Source: Leptogorgia sarmentosa (lineage: Eukaryota). From it: a stretch of 64,000 nucleotides of DNA. The stretch lies in the NCBI GenBank assembly GCA_964658305.1, contig OZ210885.1, positions 4,278,001-4,342,000 on the forward strand, written 5' to 3'. The notes beneath the pieces are model-generated. The model saw only the letters and a list, made by a program, of their open reading frames with translations, was not told the DNA's origin and searched no databases. Below, in pieces: positions 46,471 through 56,579 of the stretch. The translations under genes and the position numbers were made by a program. The first letter of the stretch is position 1; each line of letters opens with the position of its first letter.

Positions 46471-48660
46471 ATGAAGAGAGGATATCCATATACAAGTGGT
46501 AACCTCAATTTTGGTTACGAATATGATTACAAACCAAAAACCTCTAAAAGTGGTGACGGTGGTGGTGGTGGGGGTGGTGATGGCACCCCGGGTCCGCGCG
46601 GGCCTACAGGACCTCAAGGACCTACAGGACCTAAAGGAGATAAGGGCGAAACGGGACACACCGGAAACGTAGGACCTCGTGGACCGCCTGGATCTAAAGG
46701 ACCTGTCGGGCCTAAAGGAGAAAAAGGAGATAAAGGGAATGATGGTATTCAGGGCCCTCCAGGCCCTACAGGACAGCAAGGACCTCGAGGAATACAGGGG
46801 CTAAGCGGAAACGACGGAGCCCGCGGGCGTGAGGGGCCTCAAGGACCTCGAGGGATTCCTGGTACGGCTGCCAACAAAGGAGATAAGGGAGACACCGGTG
46901 ATCAAGGACCCCCCGGATTGCAAGGAGCACAAGGACAGCGAGGACCCCCTGGACCTAATGGTGCTACGGGTTCACAAGGTCCTACAGGACCTAAAGGGAG
47001 TACGGGACAAACAGGTCCCCAAGGAAACCCAGGCCCCAAAGGAGCTAAAGGTGATCCTGGTCATACAGGAAACACAGGCCCTCGTGGTTTAACAGGTCCT
47101 GCTGGAAATACAGGCCCACAAGGTCCAATAGGTCCAAAAGGACCAAAAGGAGATAGAGGGGATAGAGGTCCCCCAGGAAGTGATGGTAATAACGGAGCTC
47201 AAGGCCCTCAGGGGCCTGCTGGACCTACAGGGCCTACAGGAAATCAGGGTCCTCAGGGATTACGTGGACATAAAGGTCCAAAAGGAGATCCGGGAAATCA
47301 AGGGCCTAAAGGAAATATAGGTCCTACAGGAAACACTGGAAACACAGGAGCTGAAGGTCCATCGGGACCTATGGGTCCAACAGGACCCACGGGAGCTCAA
47401 GGACCGCGTGGGATAAAAGGAACTAAAGGGGATAAAGGAGACAAAGGAGATAAAGGGGATACAGGTGTTTTTGACCCCACCACAAAAAAGCAGCTTATTT
47501 TAGTGAATAAAAACTTTCAAAACGTGACGTACCCCCCAGGCACTTTTCAATCCTTTGAGTTTGAAGATTCGGGTACAGAAGCACCCTGGAATAGTGGTTA
47601 TGGAACTAATCTCCAAGTATCAAAAAGTGCTACAACTGAAACTGTTCCAATTTTGGGTCCACGTGCTCCTATTGAAATAACCCAAGAGGTTAATACAAAG
47701 TATACGACAACAGAAATCTGGTTTTGTAATCTGTACAGTAATGCACAACCATTCGGAATGATATTTGCTACTGAGGATCCTAACAATAGTGCACTGAAAT
47801 CCATATCGACAAACATTGAAGATAGTGGAGGTCTGGCACAAAGCGCTCCCATGAAACATTTAGGAGCTGTGGTGGGGTACAATAATAAAACGTACAATTA
47901 CTATCTAGTATGGGTTTCAGCTAGTGTGAGTTTTAACAAAATTGAAGTTGGACTCGAATACTATAGTAACAAGTTAGCGGAGGGAAAAATGAGCCTAAAT
48001 GTTTACGGTGGATATACATTTGACAAAATATCCTTCAATCAGTACAACGAAGCAAATCTCACAAACAAACTCCACTTTCCCTATCACAAAGACTTTGAAA
48101 GACAAAAGGTTAGAGGTGTTATGGAGGGAAACACTCTTCTTACAGGATTCGAGCAGTCTGATGGAACTATTCTTGCAAATAACAATTTAAGAATATCTGA
48201 AGTAAACATACTACCTTATGCTCAATTACATATGGCAAAACTTACACTAAAATATGTCGAAAATACATTCGGTACTACTATAATGACCACCTCATATTAT
48301 ACATCACCCTCTCAATCAACTGGTGGGTGGTGTCACGCAAAAGAACCTGTCTCCGGATACCCCATGCCTACATATCCAATAGTGAGTGGGGACCCTTTAC
48401 GTATAACACTATTGACCCACACATTTGACACTGACAACACTATCAGTGCCGATTTTGAAGTAGAATTTCGTTTGACTCTACACTCAAACGCTACAACAAC
48501 AACATCCACACACTCCTTGGGTACAATAAAATACAAAGACAAGAAACAAACATCTGGTACTGCTGCCTACCCGTTAGTAGCGCCTGGAAAAAAATATCTC
48601 CTCAATCACATGTTTCTTTACACATACCATCAGGAGATCCTCCTATTGTTTACTCTTTAG
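46471..48660 (+). CDS. Collagen-like fibre/spike protein, 729 aa
   Basis: Short N-terminal tail, Gly linker, 98 in-register X-Y triplets at 46582-47463 (all Gly-X-Y except one Ala), then a Thr/Tyr-rich C-terminal region of about 400 aa; single intronless frame. Confidence 0.9.
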   Translation: MKRGYPYTSGNLNFGYEYDYKPKTSKSGDGGGGGGGDGTPGPRGPTGPQGPTGPKGDKGETGHTGNVGPRGPPGSKGPVGPKGEKGDKGNDGIQGPPGPTGQQGPRGIQGLSGNDGARGREGPQGPRGIPGTAANKGDKGDTGDQGPPGLQGAQGQRGPPGPNGATGSQGPTGPKGSTGQTGPQGNPGPKGAKGDPGHTGNTGPRGLTGPAGNTGPQGPIGPKGPKGDRGDRGPPGSDGNNGAQGPQGPAGPTGPTGNQGPQGLRGHKGPKGDPGNQGPKGNIGPTGNTGNTGAEGPSGPMGPTGPTGAQGPRGIKGTKGDKGDKGDKGDTGVFDPTTKKQLILVNKNFQNVTYPPGTFQSFEFEDSGTEAPWNSGYGTNLQVSKSATTETVPILGPRAPIEITQEVNTKYTTTEIWFCNLYSNAQPFGMIFATEDPNNSALKSISTNIEDSGGLAQSAPMKHLGAVVGYNNKTYNYYLVWVSASVSFNKIEVGLEYYSNKLAEGKMSLNVYGGYTFDKISFNQYNEANLTNKLHFPYHKDFERQKVRGVMEGNTLLTGFEQSDGTILANNNLRISEVNILPYAQLHMAKLTLKYVENTFGTTIMTTSYYTSPSQSTGGWCHAKEPVSGYPMPTYPIVSGDPLRITLLTHTFDTDNTISADFEVEFRLTLHSNATTTTSTHSLGTIKYKDKKQTSGTAAYPLVAPGKKYLLNHMFLYTYHQEILLLFTL

Positions 48661-48950
48661 AATTTAAGCAAGTAAAACCCACAACAAAAATTGGTAATGA
48701 ATCTGTTCTAACATTCAATGCTGTACAAATACCAGATTTATCAGGAATTTAATAAAAATGTTTAAAAAACTTTAATGTGTGTTTACAATATTTTACAAAT
48801 GTTTAAAAAAGTGTACATCCGGGTCCAAGAATAAATTCAGGTCCAGAAACATATGTAGAAAAAAACGGTGGTGTTCTCCATACTTCACCAATTTTCAAAG
48901 GCTTAACAAAAAGCTTTTCAGGTATCACTACACAAATTGTAAAAAACGCT

Positions 48951-49724
48951 TTAAAATAGTGTCTTCCCATCCCTTGGTAAGGCTAGAGGGTTGCTATAAA
49001 TCTCCAAAATTGAATCCAGTTTGGTATTAGCTGCCGCAACATCTTGAGCTAAACTGTGTATATCTTCGGACATATCTTTCACTTTGTGGCAAACACGTCC
49101 CATTAACTTCAAAATTCGTATACCTATAGTTGAAGCTTCCCTTTCGCTACCACCTCTTGTTGTAGAAGTTTCCCCTGACGTCTGCGATGTGGTTGATTCA
49201 TCTGGTAACCCCTTTTTGGTCGCCTCAACTTTTTGTGTGATTGCACTTAATTGCTGTGTGATTGTGGCAATGCATGGTGGTGTATAGTGCATGTTATGCA
49301 TTAGACTTGTTAGGTAGGTTTTCAGCTCTGCTGGAACATTACTATAGCCCATGCTATGTTTCGCTATGGATGCAACCAGATCGCTGAGAATATGCTTTGT
49401 TTGACGGCTCCGTGAAAGTTTGAATGCTAACGTGCACTCCTTAACATCTTCAGGTATTTTGTCATCTTTAATCACCTTCTGTTTCACTCTTTTAATTCGG
49501 GAACGTAGTGGTGTTGCGGAGAAATTCTTACCATCGTCCCACCAGATATGTAAAGTAACATGTTTATGTATAATGTCACTATTTGGTTTGTAGGGTTCGT
49601 TCTTCATGGTTGCAACCCACCAATATTTATCACTCTTTTTTATCATGTAGGGTAGTATGCGTTCCCACATATATTCGCTCACGTTTACGACAACACATCG
49701 TGAAAAACTCATCGCGAGATACAT
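48951..49724 (-). CDS. Polinton hypothetical protein with C-terminal coiled coil
   Basis: 257-aa open frame; the ATG directly follows an acceptor-like TTTCATTTTACAG. Confidence 0.6.
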   Translation of the reverse strand: MYLAMSFSRCVVVNVSEYMWERILPYMIKKSDKYWWVATMKNEPYKPNSDIIHKHVTLHIWWDDGKNFSATPLRSRIKRVKQKVIKDDKIPEDVKECTLAFKLSRSRQTKHILSDLVASIAKHSMGYSNVPAELKTYLTSLMHNMHYTPPCIATITQQLSAITQKVEATKKGLPDESTTSQTSGETSTTRGGSEREASTIGIRILKLMGRVCHKVKDMSEDIHSLAQDVAAANTKLDSILEIYSNPLALPRDGKTLF

Positions 49725-49782
49725 CTGTAAAATGAAACAAAACAACAATTTAGTAAAGCTTAAATACTTAAAACCCGTAGGT

Positions 49783-49915
49783 TAAATAACCGCAAGAAGA
49801 CTAACCGCACGCAAAATAACCGCAAAAACACTAACCGCACGCAAAATAACCGCAAGAACGCTAACCACACGCAAAATAACCGTAAGAACGCTAACCGCAC
49901 GCAAAATAACCGCAC
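49783..49915. repeat. Tandem repeat, about 4.5 x 30 bp, of TAACCGC motifs in a divergent promoter region
   Basis: AAATAACCGCAAGAACGCTAACCGCACGCA units followed by a TATA-like TATTTAA at about 49926. Confidence 0.85.
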
Positions 49916-49950
49916 GTACAAAGACTATTTAAGAGCGTGTATGCGAGTTG

Positions 49951-50490
49951 ATGCACAAAATGAATATTATCGGGATAATCGATTTAGATGGCTTTTGTAT
50001 ACAACAAACATTTTTCTGTCGCGAACTTGGACTCATAACCTATGGTGACACATATGGAACATCGTTTCACTTTAACACACCGTTAGAATATGGAAAATTA
50101 AGCGAAAAAGATAAAACACAAGTAAACTACGTGCAAGAATACATCCACGGTTTGTCGTTGGGGGATAATAAAGCTATGAATCAAAACATGGTAAACGTTA
50201 TTGTACAAAGATTTTACGATGCCTATCGTATGGATAGCAACAGTGCCATCGCCTACAAGGGGGGATCATTTGAAAAAACACTACTCGAAAAACTGAACAT
50301 ACCGTCATTCAACTTAGAGCTTATTGGCTGTCCAAAAGCTGAAAATATTTATCATGAAATGGCTTGGTTAGAGTGTTGTGGACAACACACACTCCTTAAA
50401 AACAAAAATGAAACTTACAAACACTGCCCTCGTGTTGAGGTAGAGGCATATCTGCACTGGTTCGAACAATATTGGATGTGGAAGTATTGA
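49951..50490 (+). CDS. DEDD-family 3'-5' exonuclease-like protein
   Basis: IIDLDGF...RELG, IHGL, YKGG..EK, NLE..GCP and C..H...HC pattern. Confidence 0.7.
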   Translation: MHKMNIIGIIDLDGFCIQQTFFCRELGLITYGDTYGTSFHFNTPLEYGKLSEKDKTQVNYVQEYIHGLSLGDNKAMNQNMVNVIVQRFYDAYRMDSNSAIAYKGGSFEKTLLEKLNIPSFNLELIGCPKAENIYHEMAWLECCGQHTLLKNKNETYKHCPRVEVEAYLHWFEQYWMWKY

Positions 50491-50608
50491 TAAAAATCGT
50501 CTGCAAACCAGAAAATTGCCTAAAAATACGGAAAAATGAAGACAAAAACATGTAAATAATCTTAAAAATCGCTATTAAAACACATTTTACTACTAATATT
50601 ATTGTGTA

Positions 50609-50681
50609 CCCTGGTTAGCTCAATTGGTAGAGCCTCGGATTGTAGCTCCGAAGGTTGTTGGTTCGAGTCCAGCCCTGGGGA
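50609..50681 (+). tRNA. tRNA-Tyr(GTA)-like gene, intronless, inside the Polinton
   Basis: 73-nt cloverleaf: acceptor CCCTGGT/CCTGGGG+A, D arm GCTC-AATTGGTA-GAGC, anticodon arm TCGGA-TTGTAGC-TCCGA, T arm GTTGG-TTCGAGT-CCAGC; intact A and B boxes. Confidence 0.88.
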
Positions 50682-50829
50682 TTACTTATTACTGTTACTT
50701 ATTATAACACCCACAAATGCGCATGCGCAGTAAACTTACAAACACACAAAACACGTAAAACGCAAAACACACAAACACACAAAACACGTAAAACGCGCAA
50801 ACACGTAAAACGCGCAAACACGCAAAACG

Positions 50830-50990
50830 CGCAAAACACGCGCAAACAAAACTCTCGAGAAATATCCACGCGTGAATATCTACACGCGAGAATATCTATC
50901 GGGAATATAGCGCCTTCCCCCGCGTGACCGCGCAGCGGTCCACGCGTGGGGGCCTGGGGGAAGGCGCTATAGTGCCGGGATAGTACTACT
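50830..50990 (-). repeat. Polinton right TIR
   Basis: Reverse complement of 30859-31019. Confidence 0.97.
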
Positions 50991-51179
50991 CTACTCAGTA
51001 GTCATAATATAACTAATCACATTAATATCTTTTATTTTCTTCTTTGTTCTGTTACTATACTATCTTACTTATCTATATAGATAGTGCCACTACTTTGGCA
51101 ATACCTGTAAATTTAGGTCATGCTAATAAAGTATTTTGAAAAAAAAAACCCCAAAAAAACCCGGTACTTTTGGTTATCA

Positions 51180-51858
51180 TCTGGCTACAAATGTATCCTG
51201 AAGTGCATTGTTCATGATAAGTCCAACCACGATAGAGAGAGAAATCCGTTTTGTTCTACCAATGCTGTGGACTTACTTTAGAAACTTAGTTCAATGGCCT
51301 ACCCCTGAACAATGGATGGACATGGCTAATAATTGAGAATACTTCCCTGGCGGAGTAGCGGCAATTGATGGGACCAGACACGAGATACAACAACCTCAAA
51401 CAGAACCACAGCAGCAGTTCTATAGTGGACACTGCAGATATCACAATTTTTCCACACAAATTGTTATGGACAATAATGGCAGAATCGTATTTATTCAGTC
51501 TGCATTCCTCGGACACAATAACGATAGTGCTCAGCTGCAAATGATGCCCAGAGTTGGAGAGGAACTTCACTTGCCAGATGGCTTGTACATTTTAGCTGAC
51601 AAACGATACCCCTGCGAATACCCCATACTGACACCTTGGAGAGAACGACACATGGCTGGAAATAAACGTAGGGAACTATTTAATCTTGAACTAAAGAGAG
51701 TGAGAGTAAGGATAGAACATTGCATCAGACGTATAAAAGAATATGGAGCTGTGAACCGACTATGGCGGCATGATGTTGATATGCATGGTGGATGTTCCAT
51801 GCGGTATGCACAGTGGATGTTCCCTGTAGTTAATGAACTTTGCACATTCCTTGCTTAA
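51180..51858 (+). pseudogene. Harbinger-type DDE nuclease fragment
   Basis: AIDGT, GHNNDS, ILADKRYP and RVRIEHCI; in-frame stop. Confidence 0.8.
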
Positions 51859-53149
51859 AGACATTAATCTCTCTGGTGTGCTCTAAGTTCAGTATTAGCC
51901 TCCGGCCGTATATGCTGCTAATGTATAAAGACAGCGTTTTTATTTTCATGTGCTGCCTTTACTATACAAATATTTATTTTTCACCAATGCTTTTTGGTTT
52001 GGTGAATGTTACAATGTTCTCCTATTTTAGGATCAGTTTGACTGAGATACACGCTTTACATTACAAAATCGTGAATTTGGAAAACCATTTCATAGCTAGC
52101 ATTACCACATCTAGAAAGGGCATCCTAAATTTAGTGAAATTGTTTAGTAAAGTTTGGTTACAAAATATTGTAAACTTACAAAACACAATCATGTGAAGTT
52201 TGTGGGAATTTTGTATACTTGTCTTTAAGCGCAGCTAAGCGCTTAAATCAATTTCACAGCAAATTGAAAAGTTTGTCTAATTGGGGAATGGTCCATTACA
52301 GATAAACTAATAAATTACATGTGTTAATAATAATGAGTTTGTTGTGTGTTGGATATATTAATTAAGCTATGATACTCTATGATTGACTTGTCACACAATG
52401 AACATTTACAAAAAAATCCAAGTGAAATAGATGGATTATCCGTAACGTTAATGTAATGTTTTGATGTTCATATAATTATAAACTAAATATAAATGTTCTA
52501 ATTAATTATCTAATTGTCGTCTCAACACTTCGTTCATCAGGTCCATGGTCTGCTGCAGTTGATGGGTTTGCATAGGAATCTCCAACATCCTGTTGATCTT
52601 CATGCTGACATGGTTGTTGTTGTTGCAAAAGTTGCTGCAACAGTAGCTGCTGTTGTAGTGGTTGTTGCTGCTGTTGTTGCAGTTCCTCTCTTTCATCGTC
52701 ATCCAGCAGCAAATCATCAACCGGAGGATCTAGGTTGTTAACCTGGACGTTAGCCTGGGCGGCATGCTCGTTATTCAGCTCCTGTTGCTCGTCTCCTTCA
52801 TTGCCCATACCAGCATATATGTGCTGTCAAATTGCTTCTCGTGCAGCTTCGCGTTCCAGTGGACCAATTTGGTTGGCATAGCGCATTTCATTCGCTATTT
52901 GGAGCAAGCCCCTACATTAAGAAACAGAAATCGAATATGGATTTTGTCACACTATAAGGCACATACATAGCTATTACATTCAGGTGCCATGTCATCATGA
53001 CATGTATATGTATAAATATAAATCATTGGTTGAATTCTTAAATTCTAATTGTGGTGATTTTGATTAGGAGAACAAGAAGTAAATGATGACACCCCTGATA
53101 CACTGTTAAATGATTCCTGTGGACTAACCAATTGGTTGAACAAACAAAC

Positions 53150-53437
53150 TAGTAAAGCGTCCAGATATCTGGTTTGAGCATCCTGACAACCAAGGAAGAA
53201 ATTGAACAGCTGATTGGTATTCAAATGAGAATGGGTATTGTGACAATGCAGAGATACCAAAGCTTCTGGGCAACAGAAACAAGATATGGACCAGTTGCTG
53301 ATGTGATGAGTTTGAAATGGTATGAGAAATTAAGCCAATATTCGCATGCCAATGACAACGCCTTGATCAACACTCCAGAAAACAAGGGGAACAGGTTATA
53401 TAAAGCTGAACCAATACTGGTTCACAACACAAGCTGA
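53150..53437 (+). pseudogene. piggyBac transposase fragment
   Basis: EEIEQLIGIQMRMGIV...FWATETRYGPVADVMS...HANDN...RLYK. Confidence 0.7.
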
Positions 53438-53439
53438 CG

Positions 53440-55141
53440 CATGTGGCAAACATGAGCAATCCAAGATGGCTGCTCAACCGGCCAAACTAATAGGAGCTAG
53501 TATAGGAAAAACCATGTTTTTCGCATTTTACGATCCCATGCTGAAGGTTTTGGATGAAAATCGTGCAATTGGAATGGAATTAACCCCGAAATAAAGAAAT
53601 TTTATTAAGCAATTAATAAAATAAAGTTAATGAGGAAATGTTCTGCAAGATGTTTTTAGGTTTCGGCATAACAGGTGAGAAGCGGCAGGTTTGCATAATC
53701 CTATAATTAAGCTATCACTGTGTCAGATATACGCCAGGTCGGTTCCAAAGTGCAATCCCTCCACCATATTGCCAGTGCACTGAATAAGTTGTGACTTCAG
53801 CTCTCACCCAATCAAATTCCGAGTTTCCTTGGCGCGAAAAGCAACCAATCGCAGATCAAGCTAAATCACTTGTCCAAGCCAAAAGGCGCACACAAGCTGT
53901 TCGCCTTTCATATTGTATCCGAGTTTACTCAAGCCAACTCGTAACTCGGTGATCCAAAAAATTTTCTTCCCACCCACCCACCGCTTCCATGCACGTCAAC
54001 CCTAAAGCATTTTTCGTGCTTTCCATGACCATGGCGTATACCTGTCCCAAACAAACACGAACAGCTACTGTCTACATCTATACGGTTCCACCGGTCGCCT
54101 ATATTTCTATCGTGCAGGATTATGCACATACGAGATGTATACCATATGGATACACCTCTACATAACATATGGATTTTTAGTTTACAGCTATGGTAGGAAC
54201 ACTCGCACTTCACCAAGCACAGACTCGTGCAACGTGTCACTCATAGCCACACATACTGTATATCACGGACGTGAGGTATCACGCATCGCTTGTCTGTCAA
54301 TTATGATTATTGTTAGTTTCATATAGTCTAAAGGAAATATATCATTGGGTTCGGGGATGAAGCGCTACTTATTGTCACGTTCAAGCCCATAGACTCATGC
54401 TTAATTTATTGTAATTATACATCAGTTGAATCTCTAGGATTGTACAACTGTGTGTACAGTTGTTCAGATATAGGTGTTGTGAATCTAGCTATCTCCTGGG
54501 TATGCGCATGTGCGCATATCAAACGTTCTGTCGCGTGTGCGCTGAATGTATAGGACTGTGTGTACAGTGCATAGCTAGCTCGTTTGCAACATATTACATA
54601 TAAGCAATATATTACAATTTAATTGGTGTAATAGCGAGTCTTTGGGATGACGCTTGGCCTTATCTTTTACAATAAAACTTTACAGTGCTTCACCCCGAAA
54701 CCCCTTATCCCACAAAACTTGTGTGTGTGTGTTTTTCTTCTTGCGCATTGCGGAATTTCGCATGATTTCAATACAGAACAGCTTCAATCATTAATCGATT
54801 GTAAAGTGCTAACAAAAGCAGTCAAATTGTTCCTTCAAGACGTTTGAGCCTATCAACCGGTGAACTAAGTGACTGTTTTGGCAGCACTTTACGATCAATT
54901 ATTTCGATAATTCCATTTAAATTGCACAATTTTCATCCAAAACCTTCAGCACAGGTAGTTTTATTTCCAAAAAATGGTGCTAGAACGTGATCGGAAATGT
55001 TATGCGGTCGTAAAATGGGAAAAACATAGTTTTCCGTATACTAGCTCCTATTAATTTGACCGGTTGAGCAGCCATCTTGGATTTTAAAAAGTTGCCACAC
55101 ATTTTATATGGAGTCAGCAATCTAGGCTTCCTATATCTATG
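53440..55141. mobile_element. Inverted copy of the 8695-9249 MITE interrupted by about 1.2 kb of unrelated DNA
   Basis: 53440-53592 and 54790-55141 are reverse complements of the right and left parts of 8695-9249. Confidence 0.75.
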
Positions 55142-55593
55142 GGCATCACCTGGTGCAGCGTATCCACTTTTATTCCATGCTGTTCCAGTTGTGGAAAATT
55201 CTCCCAAACAGCCACAAACGGCATCTCTTCAAACGATTCTATGGCAAGGTAAAGTAATGCATCAGTTTTTCACATTGGGTTAAACAATGTATATGCTATT
55301 TTGATATTATCGGTCGTTTGTTTGCAGAACTTCCTCTCTTCCACAACCCATACAGTTCCTAATGCTGCTGACAACAGTTCTACATTTTTCAAATTAATTT
55401 GATAATTATTATACTATAAGACATATATTTGGAACTTTCGTTGGATTTCCTTTGCCAGTTTCCTCTGATAACAAGAAATTAATGAGTTATTATTGACAGC
55501 AAAAAGATCAAGAGGCTGAGAGCAAGATAATCTCTGGATTGTTATCAAATTAAATATAAATATATTGGTAATAAATATATAAATGCTTACAAC

Positions 55594-56269
55594 ATGCATG
55601 GCGACATGCATGGCTTCCTGTCGGATTGCAAAAAGCATGAAAAGGCGAAGTCACATATGGGTGCTTTCAAGACTTGGAAGACCTATGGAGCCAGTGGGCG
55701 AGTAGATTCCCTCATCTCTCAAGCAAGACGAGATGAAATTCAATGCCACAACGAAGAGGTAAGACAAAACAGGGAAATTCTGAAAACCATCACTGAAGCT
55801 GTATTATACCTATCTAAACAAGAGTTGGTGTTCAGAGGGCACAATGAATCAGAAGACAGCTTGAGTAAAGGTAACTATAGAGAGTTACTTGAGTCCTTTG
55901 CTAAATTTGATTCAGTATTTGAACGGCGCTTGCATGACCGATTAGCTGAATCTGAAAGGGGTGGCCCCCGTGTTGGTGGACAATGTACTGGGGGTTTCTC
56001 CCGAAATCCAAAATGATTTTATATGTTGTCTTGATTCAATTATTGAGGATGAAATTTTGAAAGAGATTGACGAGTGTACTTTTATAAGAGTGCAGGTTGA
56101 TGAGACATTGGACGTCTCAACCAAAGAACAGGTAAGTATGATTGTCCGTTTAGATAAGGGTGATCAGATTGTTGAAAGGCAACTGGGATTTGTTGATGTC
56201 AGCTCAAATAGAGATGCTGCTGTTGCATCCCAGGTAATTAAAGATCAACTCAATCAGGACCTTGTTTGA
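55594..56269 (+). pseudogene. hAT transposase fragment (ZMYM1/DUF4371-like)
   Basis: KHEKAKSH, YLSKQELVFRGHNE, GNYRELL, SPEIQND and VDETLDVSTKEQ. Confidence 0.85.
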
Positions 56270-56579
56270 AGATTTTTTAAATCAACATTGTGAAGAATGG
56301 AATTACAATAATCAAATCAATCAATTACAATAAACTTCAAAGCAATTGGTCCGACATTTGCGGACACTATTGTATCTTTTACCTTAGTCGCAGGGCACAA
56401 GGACATAGCATGAACAAGATTGTACAGTTGTAATGATACCATGTTAAACGACATCAATTTATATTCAGTTAATCAATGTCGAGTCTTTTGATCGTTGCAG
56501 CGCATGCACACACAAAGAACCAAACAAGTGTCCAATATATATAAAAAATATTTATTCAACATGTAACATCATCAATACA

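Larger units (their letters stand above)
30859..50990. mobile_element. Full-length Maverick/Polinton (endogenous polintovirus/adintovirus-like), 20,132 bp
   Basis: AGTAGT...ACTACT termini, 161-bp identical TIRs, CTACTC TSD at 30853-30858 and 50991-50996; pPolB, ATPase, protease, MCP and integrase are all present. Confidence 0.98.
25330..51148 (+). mobile_element. CR1/L2-group LINE split by two insertions (MITE 28396-29863, Polinton 30859-50990)
   Basis: ORF1-like remnant 25359-25880; APE domain 26097-26780 (TWNIHGL, LTETW, LGDFNGR); RT 27078-28395 resuming at 29868 (NYRGI, FVDFRKA, GVRQG, YADD); C-terminal Cys motif to 30756. The 3' tail resumes at 50997 and ends CTTTGGCAATA...AATAAAGTATTTTG(A)10 at 51148. 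The 5' boundary is approximate. Confidence 0.85.

Noticed and set aside
46471..48660. Host extracellular collagen gene
   Set aside because: Intronless, no signal peptide, no recognisable COLFI domain, and located between the Polinton TIRs.
48951..49724. HUH/Rep endonuclease suggested by HKHVTLH together with the terminal hairpins
   Set aside because: The middle residue is not hydrophobic and there is no convincing YxxxK motif; a profile search would be needed.
52506..52808. Polyglutamine ORF as a host gene
   Set aside because: Short, low complexity, no recognisable domain; may be a remnant partner of the adjacent Harbinger fragment.
4423..55141. One giant element bounded by CATAGATATAGG ends
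   Set aside because: The flanks share no TSD, and the 55141 end belongs to the local MITE copy starting near 53440.
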